Positions 8,061 to 16,716 of a DNA stretch of 39,848 nucleotides are shown here, in pieces (position 1 is the first letter of the stretch; the number at the start of each line of letters is the position of its first letter). This stretch comes from Treponema sp. (GTDB lineage Bacteria; Spirochaetota; Spirochaetia; Treponematales; Breznakiellaceae): contig JAIRXN010000104.1 in NCBI GenBank assembly GCA_031268245.1, positions 1 to 39,848 on the forward strand, given 5' to 3'. The notes beneath the pieces were generated by a model that worked only from the letters and a program-made list of their open reading frames with translations, was not told the DNA's origin and ran no database searches. The translations under genes and the position numbers were made by a program.

Positions 8061-9671
8061 ATGACAAAACGGCAAGTCAACAGTATTACTATTCTGTCCA
8101 TCGTGGTTGTTGTCCTGGTCCTCATGCTTTCAAACAGGCTCTGGTTCAGGCTGGATCTTTCCAAAAACAAGGCCTACACTATTTCTGCGATTTCCCGCAG
8201 GCTTCATGAAGAGATCCCCGACGAGGTGCGTATTACCTACTATATTTCCGGGAAACTTGCATCGATTCATCCCCTGCCCGGAGAGATAGAGGATCTTCTG
8301 CGGGAATATGCGGCCTATTCGAGGGGCAAGATACGCATTGTTCTGCGTGATCCTGTCAAGGCGAATCTGGTTGAAGAAATTGAGCAGATGGGAATTCTCC
8401 CCCAGCAGATTCAGACGGTGGATCAGGGCGAAACCAGCATTGCTACGGTTTACACAGGCATTGTCATTGAGTATCTGGATCAGGCAGAGATACTGCCGGT
8501 TGTGTTTTCCCTTGAAACCCTTGAGTACGATCTTACTTCCCGTATCCGCTCCCTTGTCAGCGGTGTCGAGCGGCAGACGGGGATCATTGTAGGAGACAGT
8601 TACCGTCAATGGAATCAGGACTACGGCTATCTGGGCCAGGCTCTGCTCCAGGCGGGCTACCGTACACGGCTTCTTGAACCCGGGGAAGAGATCCCCGAAA
8701 ATCTTCCGAGTCTCGTGGTTCTCGGCGGCGCCGAAGACTTTGACGACTGGGCCCTTTACCGCATCGACCGTTATATTCAGGGAGGCGGCAAGGTCTTTTT
8801 TGCGGCGGAGGCTGTGTTTGTAGATTCCCAGGGCGGCAGCCTTGAGGCCCGGAGCATAAATGATAAGGGCCTGCTGAGTATGCTTGCCTCCTACGGCGCG
8901 GAAGTTACAAACAGCCTTGTCCTGGACACGGCGGCCCTGACGCTCCAGTATCAGAGCCGCCAGGCAAACGGCGTAACGCAGTACAGGATCATCCGTTATC
9001 CCCACTGGATCGGGGTGCTTCCCCAAAACGGCAATCCTAAAAATCCGGTAACGGCCCGTTTTTCCGGTGTAGACCTCTTCTGGCCCAGCCCCATTACGGT
9101 AAACGCCCCTGCGGGGATCGATTCCGGGGAACTTTTTGCCAGTACTCCCGAGGCGTGGCTGATGACCAACAGTTTTGTTACCAATCCGGACATGGCTTTC
9201 CTGTTTGAAAACGAGGCGGAAGCTACCAGAGGCCGGGAAGTTCTTGCAGTATCATTAAGCGGTGTATTTCCCTCCTATTTCCGGGGAAGGGACAAGCCGC
9301 AGAGGGAAGGCTCCGGAGAAGAACTTCCCGCTCTGCCATTGCAGGGTCTCTCTTCCCGGATCATTGTAGTGGGGGATACCGATTTTCTCACCGCTATGCT
9401 CCAGTTTACCAGGGGAGAGAGGAACCTTGAATTCTTTATTCAGGCCCTGGACTGGCTCTCCAGTGACGATGAGATAATCGGTATCAGAAACCGGGAAGCG
9501 GGTTCGGGCCGGCTTGACCGCATCGCCGATCCCCAGCGCAGAGAAGCCGTCATACGTTTTTCCCAGATACTCAACATAGTACTTGTACCGGCGGGTCTGT
9601 TGGCCCTGGCCTTCTTCCTTGCATGGCGGAGAAAGAAGAGGGCTCTCTCAAGCGGAATTACAGGAGCATAA
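8061..9671 (+). CDS. GldG-like ABC-transporter auxiliary protein (N- and C-terminal TM anchors)
   Basis: Start taken at MTKRQVNSITILSIVVVVLVLML. Large extracytoplasmic domain and a C-terminal TM (LVPAGLLALAFFLAW). Position after the GldA/GldF-like genes is typical. Confidence 0.65.
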   Translation: MTKRQVNSITILSIVVVVLVLMLSNRLWFRLDLSKNKAYTISAISRRLHEEIPDEVRITYYISGKLASIHPLPGEIEDLLREYAAYSRGKIRIVLRDPVKANLVEEIEQMGILPQQIQTVDQGETSIATVYTGIVIEYLDQAEILPVVFSLETLEYDLTSRIRSLVSGVERQTGIIVGDSYRQWNQDYGYLGQALLQAGYRTRLLEPGEEIPENLPSLVVLGGAEDFDDWALYRIDRYIQGGGKVFFAAEAVFVDSQGGSLEARSINDKGLLSMLASYGAEVTNSLVLDTAALTLQYQSRQANGVTQYRIIRYPHWIGVLPQNGNPKNPVTARFSGVDLFWPSPITVNAPAGIDSGELFASTPEAWLMTNSFVTNPDMAFLFENEAEATRGREVLAVSLSGVFPSYFRGRDKPQREGSGEELPALPLQGLSSRIIVVGDTDFLTAMLQFTRGERNLEFFIQALDWLSSDDEIIGIRNREAGSGRLDRIADPQRREAVIRFSQILNIVLVPAGLLALAFFLAWRRKKRALSSGITGA

Positions 9672-9672
9672 C

Positions 9673-10656
9673 ATGGCGTATAAACGGAAACTTGTCATAC
9701 TTTTGTCCCTGGCGGGAATTCTTCTGCTTGCCAATATTCTTGTTACTCTGATCGATTCCGGCTGGGCATCTTCCCGCTCTTCTTCTTTTTCCTGGATCGA
9801 TCCCCGTTCCGAAGGCCGTATCGACGGCATAGAGATACGGGGCACGGCGGAAGAGGTATCCCTTTTCAGGCGGAACAATCTCTGGCATGTAAACAACGAA
9901 GGCCGCGAGTACCCGGCCAAACAGGAGCGGGTGGAGGATTTTCTTGCCCTTTTTACACGGAGACAGGAGTGGCCGCTGCGTTCTTCCTCTTCGTCTTCCC
10001 ATGCCCGTCTTGGAGTGGAGGAGGCGGAGGCCGGGCGGATAATACTCAAAGCGGGGGCAGGACTTCCCCTGCTGGATCTTCTGACCGGCGGCATGGATGC
10101 TACAGGCCGGGAAATCTACCTTCGCAGGGCAGGGGAAGATGCAGTCCGTTCCGGGGAGGACGGTTTCAGTTCCTATCTTTCGGGTTCCCTGACTTCGTGG
10201 TACAATCTGCGTCTCTTTCCTGCCGCTGAAAAGGGAGGCCCCCGTCCTGCGGATGTGCAGCGCGTAACGCTGGAGTTTCCCCCCGTTTCAGCGGATGAAG
10301 ATGAAGGCGGCGCCGTACAACCGGCTTCCCCGGTTCTCACTTTTACGCGGGACGGAAACAACTGGAACATGAGCGGTACCGATACCGCGATTGAACGGAC
10401 AAAGGCGGAATCCTGGCTGCAGGGTATCCTTAATACGGAAGGGGAGAATTTTGCTCCGGAGCATACCGGGCCTTACGATTCGGGCCGTGTCTCTCTGGAA
10501 CTGGGAAACGGCAGTGTTCTTGTCATTGCCTTTTCTCCCCAGGACGCCTCAGGCAAACGGAATGTTACGGTAAGCGGCTCAAATGAGGTTTATACACTTG
10601 CAGACTGGGCCGTGAGCCGGATATTCAGGGAAGCTGCTTACTTTGAGACGCAATAA
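9673..10656 (+). CDS. DUF4340-like membrane-anchored protein, fourth gene of the ABC-2 operon
   Basis: ATG 9673 (MAYKRKLVILLSLAGILLL) lies 2 nt after the GldG-like stop. An N-terminal TM and this operon position are typical of DUF4340 partners of GldG-like genes. Confidence 0.55.
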   Translation: MAYKRKLVILLSLAGILLLANILVTLIDSGWASSRSSSFSWIDPRSEGRIDGIEIRGTAEEVSLFRRNNLWHVNNEGREYPAKQERVEDFLALFTRRQEWPLRSSSSSSHARLGVEEAEAGRIILKAGAGLPLLDLLTGGMDATGREIYLRRAGEDAVRSGEDGFSSYLSGSLTSWYNLRLFPAAEKGGPRPADVQRVTLEFPPVSADEDEGGAVQPASPVLTFTRDGNNWNMSGTDTAIERTKAESWLQGILNTEGENFAPEHTGPYDSGRVSLELGNGSVLVIAFSPQDASGKRNVTVSGSNEVYTLADWAVSRIFREAAYFETQ

Positions 10657-11914
10657 AGTTGCGGTATTTTTCAAGGTCGCTCTTGAAGGCTATGATGTGG
10701 GTAATGGGATCGGCCATTGCCCGCCGCATGGCTTCCCGGGCTTCAAAGATCAGCCTTTCGGCATCAATGAGCCTGCCTGAACGGGATGAAATGCCTATAC
10801 AGAGATCGTTCTCTGACCGGAAGGCGCCGGCAAAACGGGTAAGTATGCGATTATGGAATTCTTCAGACTTTACAAAACCCTGATCCAGATCGATGTTCGG
10901 ATAGATGATCGAGATACCCCATTCCCCAAGTTCAAAGATCAGATCCCGTAAATTATAGAATTCCACGGCTGCCCCGGCAAACTGCCTGAAAAAATCTTCA
11001 TCCAGGGAATCGGAATTCCGGAATTCCATCATGATGTACACCAGATCCTGTTCAAAGGAGGCGCAGCGGTGCATCTCTGCGGCAAGCCGGTCTCTTGTGT
11101 ATTCCTCCCAGCCTATGCCCCGGGGTGAGTAAAGCCCCTGCGGCGTTTTTTCTTCATAGTCTTCCTCAAAGGATTCTTCGGCGGCATGATCGGCCGGCTC
11201 TTCTTCCGTTTCTTCAGGCGGCGGAGTTTTTTCTTCGGCCTTTCCGGTTCCGCCCTTTGTCTCCGCGCCTACCAGGGATTCAAAGTCTATAAGGCCGTCT
11301 GTTTCCGCGCCGCTTTCCCGCCGGGATTGGGGTATATCCGTTTTACTCTGTTCCCGGACGGCAGGAACCGCGGAGGCTCCCGAAAGGGAACTAAAGAGCA
11401 GGGTGAGGAAGGCCAGCACAAGACCGCCCAATACCGCCAGAAGAGTCTGCTTCATGGAGGAAAGGAGAAAGTCATAATCAATGAGGCCAAAGAGCGCCTG
11501 AATATTTACATTCCGCTGGCCTTCGATCCGCAGGGGCCGCAGATCGCTTGGTTTCATGGCAAAACTGCTTTTGAAGCGCGGCGAATCATTCACCCAGTTT
11601 ATTACCGTTCCCTGGCGGCGCTCGAAGGGGTATTCTCCATTGGGGCCGGAAATAATGAGAGCTTCTATGGTTTTTGAGCTGAGCACGGCGTCTTCGATGG
11701 TTTGAATGAAAGGCTCATCCATGAAACCCAGCACTCCGGCGGAGGAAGCCAGATCTTCAAGATCTCTGAATTCAATCTCCGTCAGATTACGGCGATCCTG
11801 AAAATTACCGGCGATACGAATAGCGCCGTATACAAGGGCGGCAGAGTATATAGTGATACACAGGACCGCCATAAAGGTAGTGATCAGATTTTTGGGGGTA
11901 TTGATTTGCCTCAT
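10625..11914 (-). CDS. Membrane protein with an acidic linker and a C-terminal degenerate GGDEF-like domain
   Basis: 429 aa with two TM segments. The C-terminal part aligns by eye to the GGDEF fold, but LGEWG replaces GGDEF and MEFRNSD replaces the DxDxFK metal site. CIGISSRSG and AREAMRRAM match the usual SiG and ADxALYxAK positions. Confidence 0.5.
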   Translation of the reverse strand: MRQINTPKNLITTFMAVLCITIYSAALVYGAIRIAGNFQDRRNLTEIEFRDLEDLASSAGVLGFMDEPFIQTIEDAVLSSKTIEALIISGPNGEYPFERRQGTVINWVNDSPRFKSSFAMKPSDLRPLRIEGQRNVNIQALFGLIDYDFLLSSMKQTLLAVLGGLVLAFLTLLFSSLSGASAVPAVREQSKTDIPQSRRESGAETDGLIDFESLVGAETKGGTGKAEEKTPPPEETEEEPADHAAEESFEEDYEEKTPQGLYSPRGIGWEEYTRDRLAAEMHRCASFEQDLVYIMMEFRNSDSLDEDFFRQFAGAAVEFYNLRDLIFELGEWGISIIYPNIDLDQGFVKSEEFHNRILTRFAGAFRSENDLCIGISSRSGRLIDAERLIFEAREAMRRAMADPITHIIAFKSDLEKYRNFIASQSKQLP

Positions 11915-11956
11915 GAGAAGATTATATACGGTTTTTTTTATCTATGCTAGAATAAC

Positions 11957-12796
11957 ATGATGGATATTCGAAGATCTTGCCTGCCTTCGCCCTGGTATCC
12001 ACGGGGCGGAGAGGCAGTTTCCCGTTTCCTCTCTCCTTTCGCATTCCCCTCAAATGGAAAAGCCCTTGCCGCGGTTGCCCCCCACGCGGGCTGGTACTAT
12101 TCGGGGAGATTTGCCGCTCAGGCAGTCGCCGCCCTGGAACGGGACGCCTCCACGGTAATCGTTGCCGGAGGCCATCTCCCCGCCGGTATGTCCCCGCTCT
12201 TTGCCCTGGAGGATCAGGTTGCCGGCCCCTTGGGAAATATCCCCATAGACGCCGGATTGCGGGATGCATTATATGAAGAATTGAATGGCCGGGAAGACCG
12301 TTACCAGGATAACACCGTAGAAGTGCTCCTTCCCATGGTACGCTATTTTTTCCCGGAAGCCTCTCTCCTCTGGATACGGCTCCCCGCAGAAATTTCATCC
12401 TTTGAGACGGGAAAAACCATCGCCCGGACAGCCCGTTCACTTAAACGCAAAACCGTGCTTTTGGGCTCCACGGATCTTACCCACTATGGGCCAAATTACA
12501 GTTTTTCTCCCCGCGGTTACGGTAGAAAGGCCCTGGAATGGATGGAAAAGGAAAACGACAGAGCCTTTATCGATGCGGTTCTTTCCGGAAATCCTGAAGA
12601 GACACTCCGCCGGGCGGAAGAAGACCGATCCGCCTGTTCAGCCGGCGCAGTTCTCGGCGCCATGGGTTTTGCTTCCTTTTGTACCGGCTCAGAGAAATCC
12701 GAAGCGGAACTCCTTGCCTACGGCACAAGCGCAGCCGTGTCCGCGGATGAAATTCCCGATTCTTTTGTCGGTTATGGGGCATTTTGTTTTAGCTGA
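11957..12796 (+). CDS. Memo-like protein (AmmeMemoRadiSam system protein B family)
   Basis: 279 aa. AVAPHAGWYYSG, GSTDLTHYG and SACSAGAV are characteristic of the Memo/extradiol-dioxygenase-B-like family. Confidence 0.7.
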   Translation: MMDIRRSCLPSPWYPRGGEAVSRFLSPFAFPSNGKALAAVAPHAGWYYSGRFAAQAVAALERDASTVIVAGGHLPAGMSPLFALEDQVAGPLGNIPIDAGLRDALYEELNGREDRYQDNTVEVLLPMVRYFFPEASLLWIRLPAEISSFETGKTIARTARSLKRKTVLLGSTDLTHYGPNYSFSPRGYGRKALEWMEKENDRAFIDAVLSGNPEETLRRAEEDRSACSAGAVLGAMGFASFCTGSEKSEAELLAYGTSAAVSADEIPDSFVGYGAFCFS

Positions 12797-12823
12797 GCTA
12801 TATTCGCAGGCGGAGGTTCTTCA

Positions 12824-14488
12824 TTATTCTCCATACATTGCCTCAAGCACCTTCTCAATTTCTCTTATACAGTATCCCTTTACCGCTTCCAGTACCTCCC
12901 TGCCGCTGTTCAGCGCCTCCCTCCGTTTGAGTGCGGCCGCCTGGGGGAGCAGGGTTTTCAGTATCAGTTCTTCTTCTGCGCTCATCTCCCGGGCCGATTC
13001 GGGAAGTCCGGCTATCTTTTCCCGGTAGGAGACAAGGAAATTACGGGCTTTCATCGTCGCGGGCCCCGTGGAGAAGATAGCAGGATTACTGCGGCGGATC
13101 TTTTTTCCCTGCGGTAGTCTGACAGGGACGCCCAGTCCCTCTGCCGTGCTGTACCGGATTTCCGTTTTTGCGGCCTTTAGTTCCAGTCCTTCCCGGTAAC
13201 GGTTCAGGGTACGGGTTTCATAGTACCAGACGCCGTCTTCCCGTGTCTTTTTCTGCAAATCCGGGCTCCGGTAGAGAAGGGAAGAGAACCGGGATTCCAT
13301 GGAAAAGAAACGATTTTGTAGATTTTCAAAGTATGGGAAGAGCCACGTGCCTTTTGCGTAGCTTTTTCCCAGGGGGTAGGAATAGTCCGCACCGTAGATC
13401 TCTATCCGGGAAGCGCCCAGGGCCTCTGCCAGAGAAACGGCCGCATAGGTAACGTTCCCCCCGGAACTATCCACAACAGGGATAGCCCTCCAGTATCCGG
13501 ATACGTAGTTCGCCAGGGGATGCCCGCCGGAAAAGAATATGGGCCTTGAAACCATGCCTGCCAGCAGGGGAGGGCTTGCAAGGTCAAGAAACAGGGGGAT
13601 ATGCGGGGGAATTCCGCCCAAAAAGTGCTTGTAGCTGATATGCTGACAGTCTATTGAGATAACGGCATCGGGTTCAATGTCCGCGGCCAGGAGAGCGGGG
13701 AGGCTTGTGTCGCTTGCAAGGAGAAAGAGTCCGCCGCGTTTCTTACTGAGTTCTTCAAGCTGCATATCCAGCGAGGGGCCTGCGGCGCAGATTGCGGCTT
13801 CCCGAATCGGGGGAAAGGGCCGCCTTATCTCTTCGGCGGCCTTGAGATTGCGGATGATATTGGAAAACCAGCGTGTGCCGAACCATGCCTGTACCGAATA
13901 GTCTGCAGAAAGCCGGGTTGCGGCGTTTTGGATTGCCGCTCCCGCCTCTTCAAAGCGGCCGCTTTCCATATCCGTCCGGATCCTGAGCGGCAGGGAACGG
14001 ATCGCCCCGTCCAGGGAAGGCCGGTATCTTTCCAGGATACACTCTTCAATTTCTCCTGGTGAAGGGTCGATGAGGATCTTCAGCCGCCGGTCTTCCAGAA
14101 TGCGGGCATGGTCCGCCGAACAGAGAAGTTCCGCAAAACCGTTGATGTCATAATCGATTACCATTACTCCCTGTACCCCGGGAAGCGCAAGCGCGGCTTC
14201 AACATAGTAGCCCCCGCCGAAACCCAGAAAGACAAGGAAGCCCGCTCCGTTCATGGTACTGGATAGAAGCCGCCGAGCTTCCTTCCGGGGATCCACCGTG
14301 GAATGCAGGGGATATGCGCTTCCGCCGGGATTAACTATGGCGGGAACCATGTCTCCGCCTCTGGACTCCAGAAACTTATAGCGGTTTAATGTGGTTTCCG
14401 CGAGGGAAAGCCGTGAGCAGAGCCGTTCATGGCCTGCCGAAAGGGCCAGAAGATTCCGTTCAAAGCAAAAATGTTTATCCACAGACAT
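12824..14488 (-). CDS. DUF115 / MptE-like (Maf, motility-accessory-factor type) putative flagellin glycosyltransferase
   Basis: 554 aa. Core ICAAGPSLDMQLEEL...LLASDTSLPALLAADIEPDAVISIDCQ is typical of DUF115. Overlaps the upstream paralogue by 14 nt. Confidence 0.65.
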   Translation of the reverse strand: MSVDKHFCFERNLLALSAGHERLCSRLSLAETTLNRYKFLESRGGDMVPAIVNPGGSAYPLHSTVDPRKEARRLLSSTMNGAGFLVFLGFGGGYYVEAALALPGVQGVMVIDYDINGFAELLCSADHARILEDRRLKILIDPSPGEIEECILERYRPSLDGAIRSLPLRIRTDMESGRFEEAGAAIQNAATRLSADYSVQAWFGTRWFSNIIRNLKAAEEIRRPFPPIREAAICAAGPSLDMQLEELSKKRGGLFLLASDTSLPALLAADIEPDAVISIDCQHISYKHFLGGIPPHIPLFLDLASPPLLAGMVSRPIFFSGGHPLANYVSGYWRAIPVVDSSGGNVTYAAVSLAEALGASRIEIYGADYSYPLGKSYAKGTWLFPYFENLQNRFFSMESRFSSLLYRSPDLQKKTREDGVWYYETRTLNRYREGLELKAAKTEIRYSTAEGLGVPVRLPQGKKIRRSNPAIFSTGPATMKARNFLVSYREKIAGLPESAREMSAEEELILKTLLPQAAALKRREALNSGREVLEAVKGYCIREIEKVLEAMYGE

Positions 14489-15884
14489 TCTCCCCTGTAC
14501 GGATCAGTGTTTCTACCGCGGCGCAGATCTCCCCGCTGGAATTCAACTGCAGGAGGCTTCCCAATTCTCCTTGAATTTCAGCTCCGTTTTTTTTATCCTG
14601 CAGGGCATCCAGCAGAAAAGCTTTTGCCTTTCCCCTCCGTTTTTCCCCTGACTCTTTTATGCTAAAGTACTCCGTTTTAGAGGCGCCTGAAGCGGCGGCC
14701 TCTTTTTTAAGATTTTGCAGATTATTATCTTCTTCATCTGAACCGAAGGCGCCGCCTCTCCCCAGGGGGAGAATCTTTCCCGGCCAGGAATGACGGCTGA
14801 ACCATGAAGCATAGACATTGTGACTTCCGCCGCAGTCCAGCGCATAAGAGCGTTCAAAGGCGAGTGAGTATTCGCTCTTCATACGGGAAGCCTGTTCCCG
14901 GATGAGCCGCTCAAAACTGTAGGGCCGGGCATGGGTCTTGATGCCGTAATTTTTCAGATCGATGCCCGCCGTATACACTTTTTCTTTTTTCAGAAAAAAA
15001 GCCAGATCCAGTGCGGAGGCGCTTACCGTTCCCCTCTGGGGAAAACTGATATGGGGCAGGCCAAGCTTCTCCAGAATATGACGCTGCCAGAGACTTCCGT
15101 CGGCGATAAGAATCTGCGGACAGGCGGAACACTGGGAGGGGAGGGCGGCGGAAAGGCTTATTGCAAGGCTGTAGGGAGGGCTTTGAATGAACCTGAGAGC
15201 CTCGTAGAGGTGAAGGAGCGCCCAGCCGCCGCCGTCGGTACTGATCACCAGATCCGGTACAATTCCTGCACAGAGCAGGGCCTGGACGGACGAGGAGACC
15301 GCAATAATAAATACCGTTCCCTCTTTTTTGATTTTTTTTATGACTTCAAGAGAAGCTTCAAGGCCCGGCCCCGCTGCGGTTACCAGTACGGGACAGGGAA
15401 TTTCCCGGTAGAATACCAGTTGTTCGGGAAGGAGAATATTCTTGAAGAAATTTTTGAACCATCTTTTTCCAAAGCCCAGAAGAGTTTTTGTGTTGGCGTC
15501 TATCCTTTTGATAAATTCCACTGTTTCCGCAAGAATTTCCCTGTACGCTTCCCCGTAAAACGAAAAGGCCGGCCTCCATTCAACGATTTTGAGTTTTCCG
15601 GCTTCCGTGTCCGGGATCTCCCTTTCAAGAAAATCCTGTATCCCCGCGCCCGAATCCGGTTCCCACACGGGCAGCCCCGGCCGGGAGGGCCAGCCTTTTC
15701 CGGCATGAAGGATGAGTATTTTTGCATGCGGAAATTTGTTTTGCAGAACTTCTGCCAGGTAGCCTTCTCCCGGTTCCATCAATAAAAAGTATTCTGTGTC
15801 TTCAGACAGATTAAGGGAATTGATATAGCGTTCGGCTTCCTGCCGTGGATTGTAGCGGGAATGAATGGGAGCGGGCGGCCTCAT
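14475..15884 (-). CDS. Second DUF115 / Maf-type protein (paralogue)
   Basis: Core LVTAAGPGLEASLEVIKKIKKEGTVFIIAVSSSVQALLCAGIVPDLVISTDGG. Start placed at the internal M47 (MRPPAPIHSRYNPRQEAERY), 1 nt after the upstream stop. The longer track ORF overlaps the upstream gene. Confidence 0.6.
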   Translation of the reverse strand: MRPPAPIHSRYNPRQEAERYINSLNLSEDTEYFLLMEPGEGYLAEVLQNKFPHAKILILHAGKGWPSRPGLPVWEPDSGAGIQDFLEREIPDTEAGKLKIVEWRPAFSFYGEAYREILAETVEFIKRIDANTKTLLGFGKRWFKNFFKNILLPEQLVFYREIPCPVLVTAAGPGLEASLEVIKKIKKEGTVFIIAVSSSVQALLCAGIVPDLVISTDGGGWALLHLYEALRFIQSPPYSLAISLSAALPSQCSACPQILIADGSLWQRHILEKLGLPHISFPQRGTVSASALDLAFFLKKEKVYTAGIDLKNYGIKTHARPYSFERLIREQASRMKSEYSLAFERSYALDCGGSHNVYASWFSRHSWPGKILPLGRGGAFGSDEEDNNLQNLKKEAAASGASKTEYFSIKESGEKRRGKAKAFLLDALQDKKNGAEIQGELGSLLQLNSSGEICAAVETLIRTGENVCG

Positions 15885-15885
15885 C

Positions 15886-16716
15886 TTAGCCGAAAGATTT
15901 AAGGATTTCCAAAACCTTGCCGGCACTGTCTGCTTCAAAACGAAGCACTGTTTTTGCGTCCAGACTTTTTGAGAGCCGGTGGGCCAGCAATTCCTGATCA
16001 ATGTTTGCAGGAACAAGGACAAGACAGGTAGAATCGGGGAGGGGGAACATGTTCCCCAGCGAAGAAACCGCCCCGGAAACCGCAGCGGGGAAATTTTTTT
16101 TGCCTTTATTGTCTTTCAGTATGATACCTCCCACTCCGTTTTCCCCCTCCATGGAACGGCGGATGAGGGTTTCAAGGCCGCCGTATTTCTCCCCCGTTAA
16201 AATCATGGAACGTTTTTTCATCCCCCGTTCCAGAAGCCCGCCCTTCTTTCCGGGGGAAGTTTTCTGCCGGAAAATCAGCGCTTCCTTGAGTTTTCTGAGC
16301 AGGAGCATGAGGCTTTCGGGATTGAGTCCGCCTTCTTCAATACAGAGAAATAAATTCCGGCAGGGATTCTTTCCGTCAAGAGGGAAAAACCAGGCCCGGC
16401 CTCCTGCCGGAACAATACCGTTCAGGTTATCTTCCAGACGCCGGTAATCGCCTGTGTTTTCAGGAATCTTCCGGAGAGGGAAACGTAATTTTCCCTTTCC
16501 CGCACCGCTTGAAGCATAGCAGACATAATCCCCTTCACAGAGCGTAAAACAGAATCCTGCCTGAAAAGGCCCGTAGGCCTTGAGGAGGTTCAATGCCGTA
16601 TCGACAGTAGAATCGCTGCGGGGAAGACGGAGGATGCGGTTTTTTAGAGCTTCCCCCATATTGTCAATAGTACCGGAGTAACTGCTTTTTGTGGCGGCTT
16701 TACTTAAAAGCCCCAT
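15886..16716 (-). CDS. Hypothetical protein (276 aa), translationally coupled between the acidic protein and the Maf genes
   Basis: Long ORF whose start overlaps the upstream stop by 1 nt (TAATG). I recognise no motif. Confidence 0.55.
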   Translation of the reverse strand: MGLLSKAATKSSYSGTIDNMGEALKNRILRLPRSDSTVDTALNLLKAYGPFQAGFCFTLCEGDYVCYASSGAGKGKLRFPLRKIPENTGDYRRLEDNLNGIVPAGGRAWFFPLDGKNPCRNLFLCIEEGGLNPESLMLLLRKLKEALIFRQKTSPGKKGGLLERGMKKRSMILTGEKYGGLETLIRRSMEGENGVGGIILKDNKGKKNFPAAVSGAVSSLGNMFPLPDSTCLVLVPANIDQELLAHRLSKSLDAKTVLRFEADSAGKVLEILKSFG

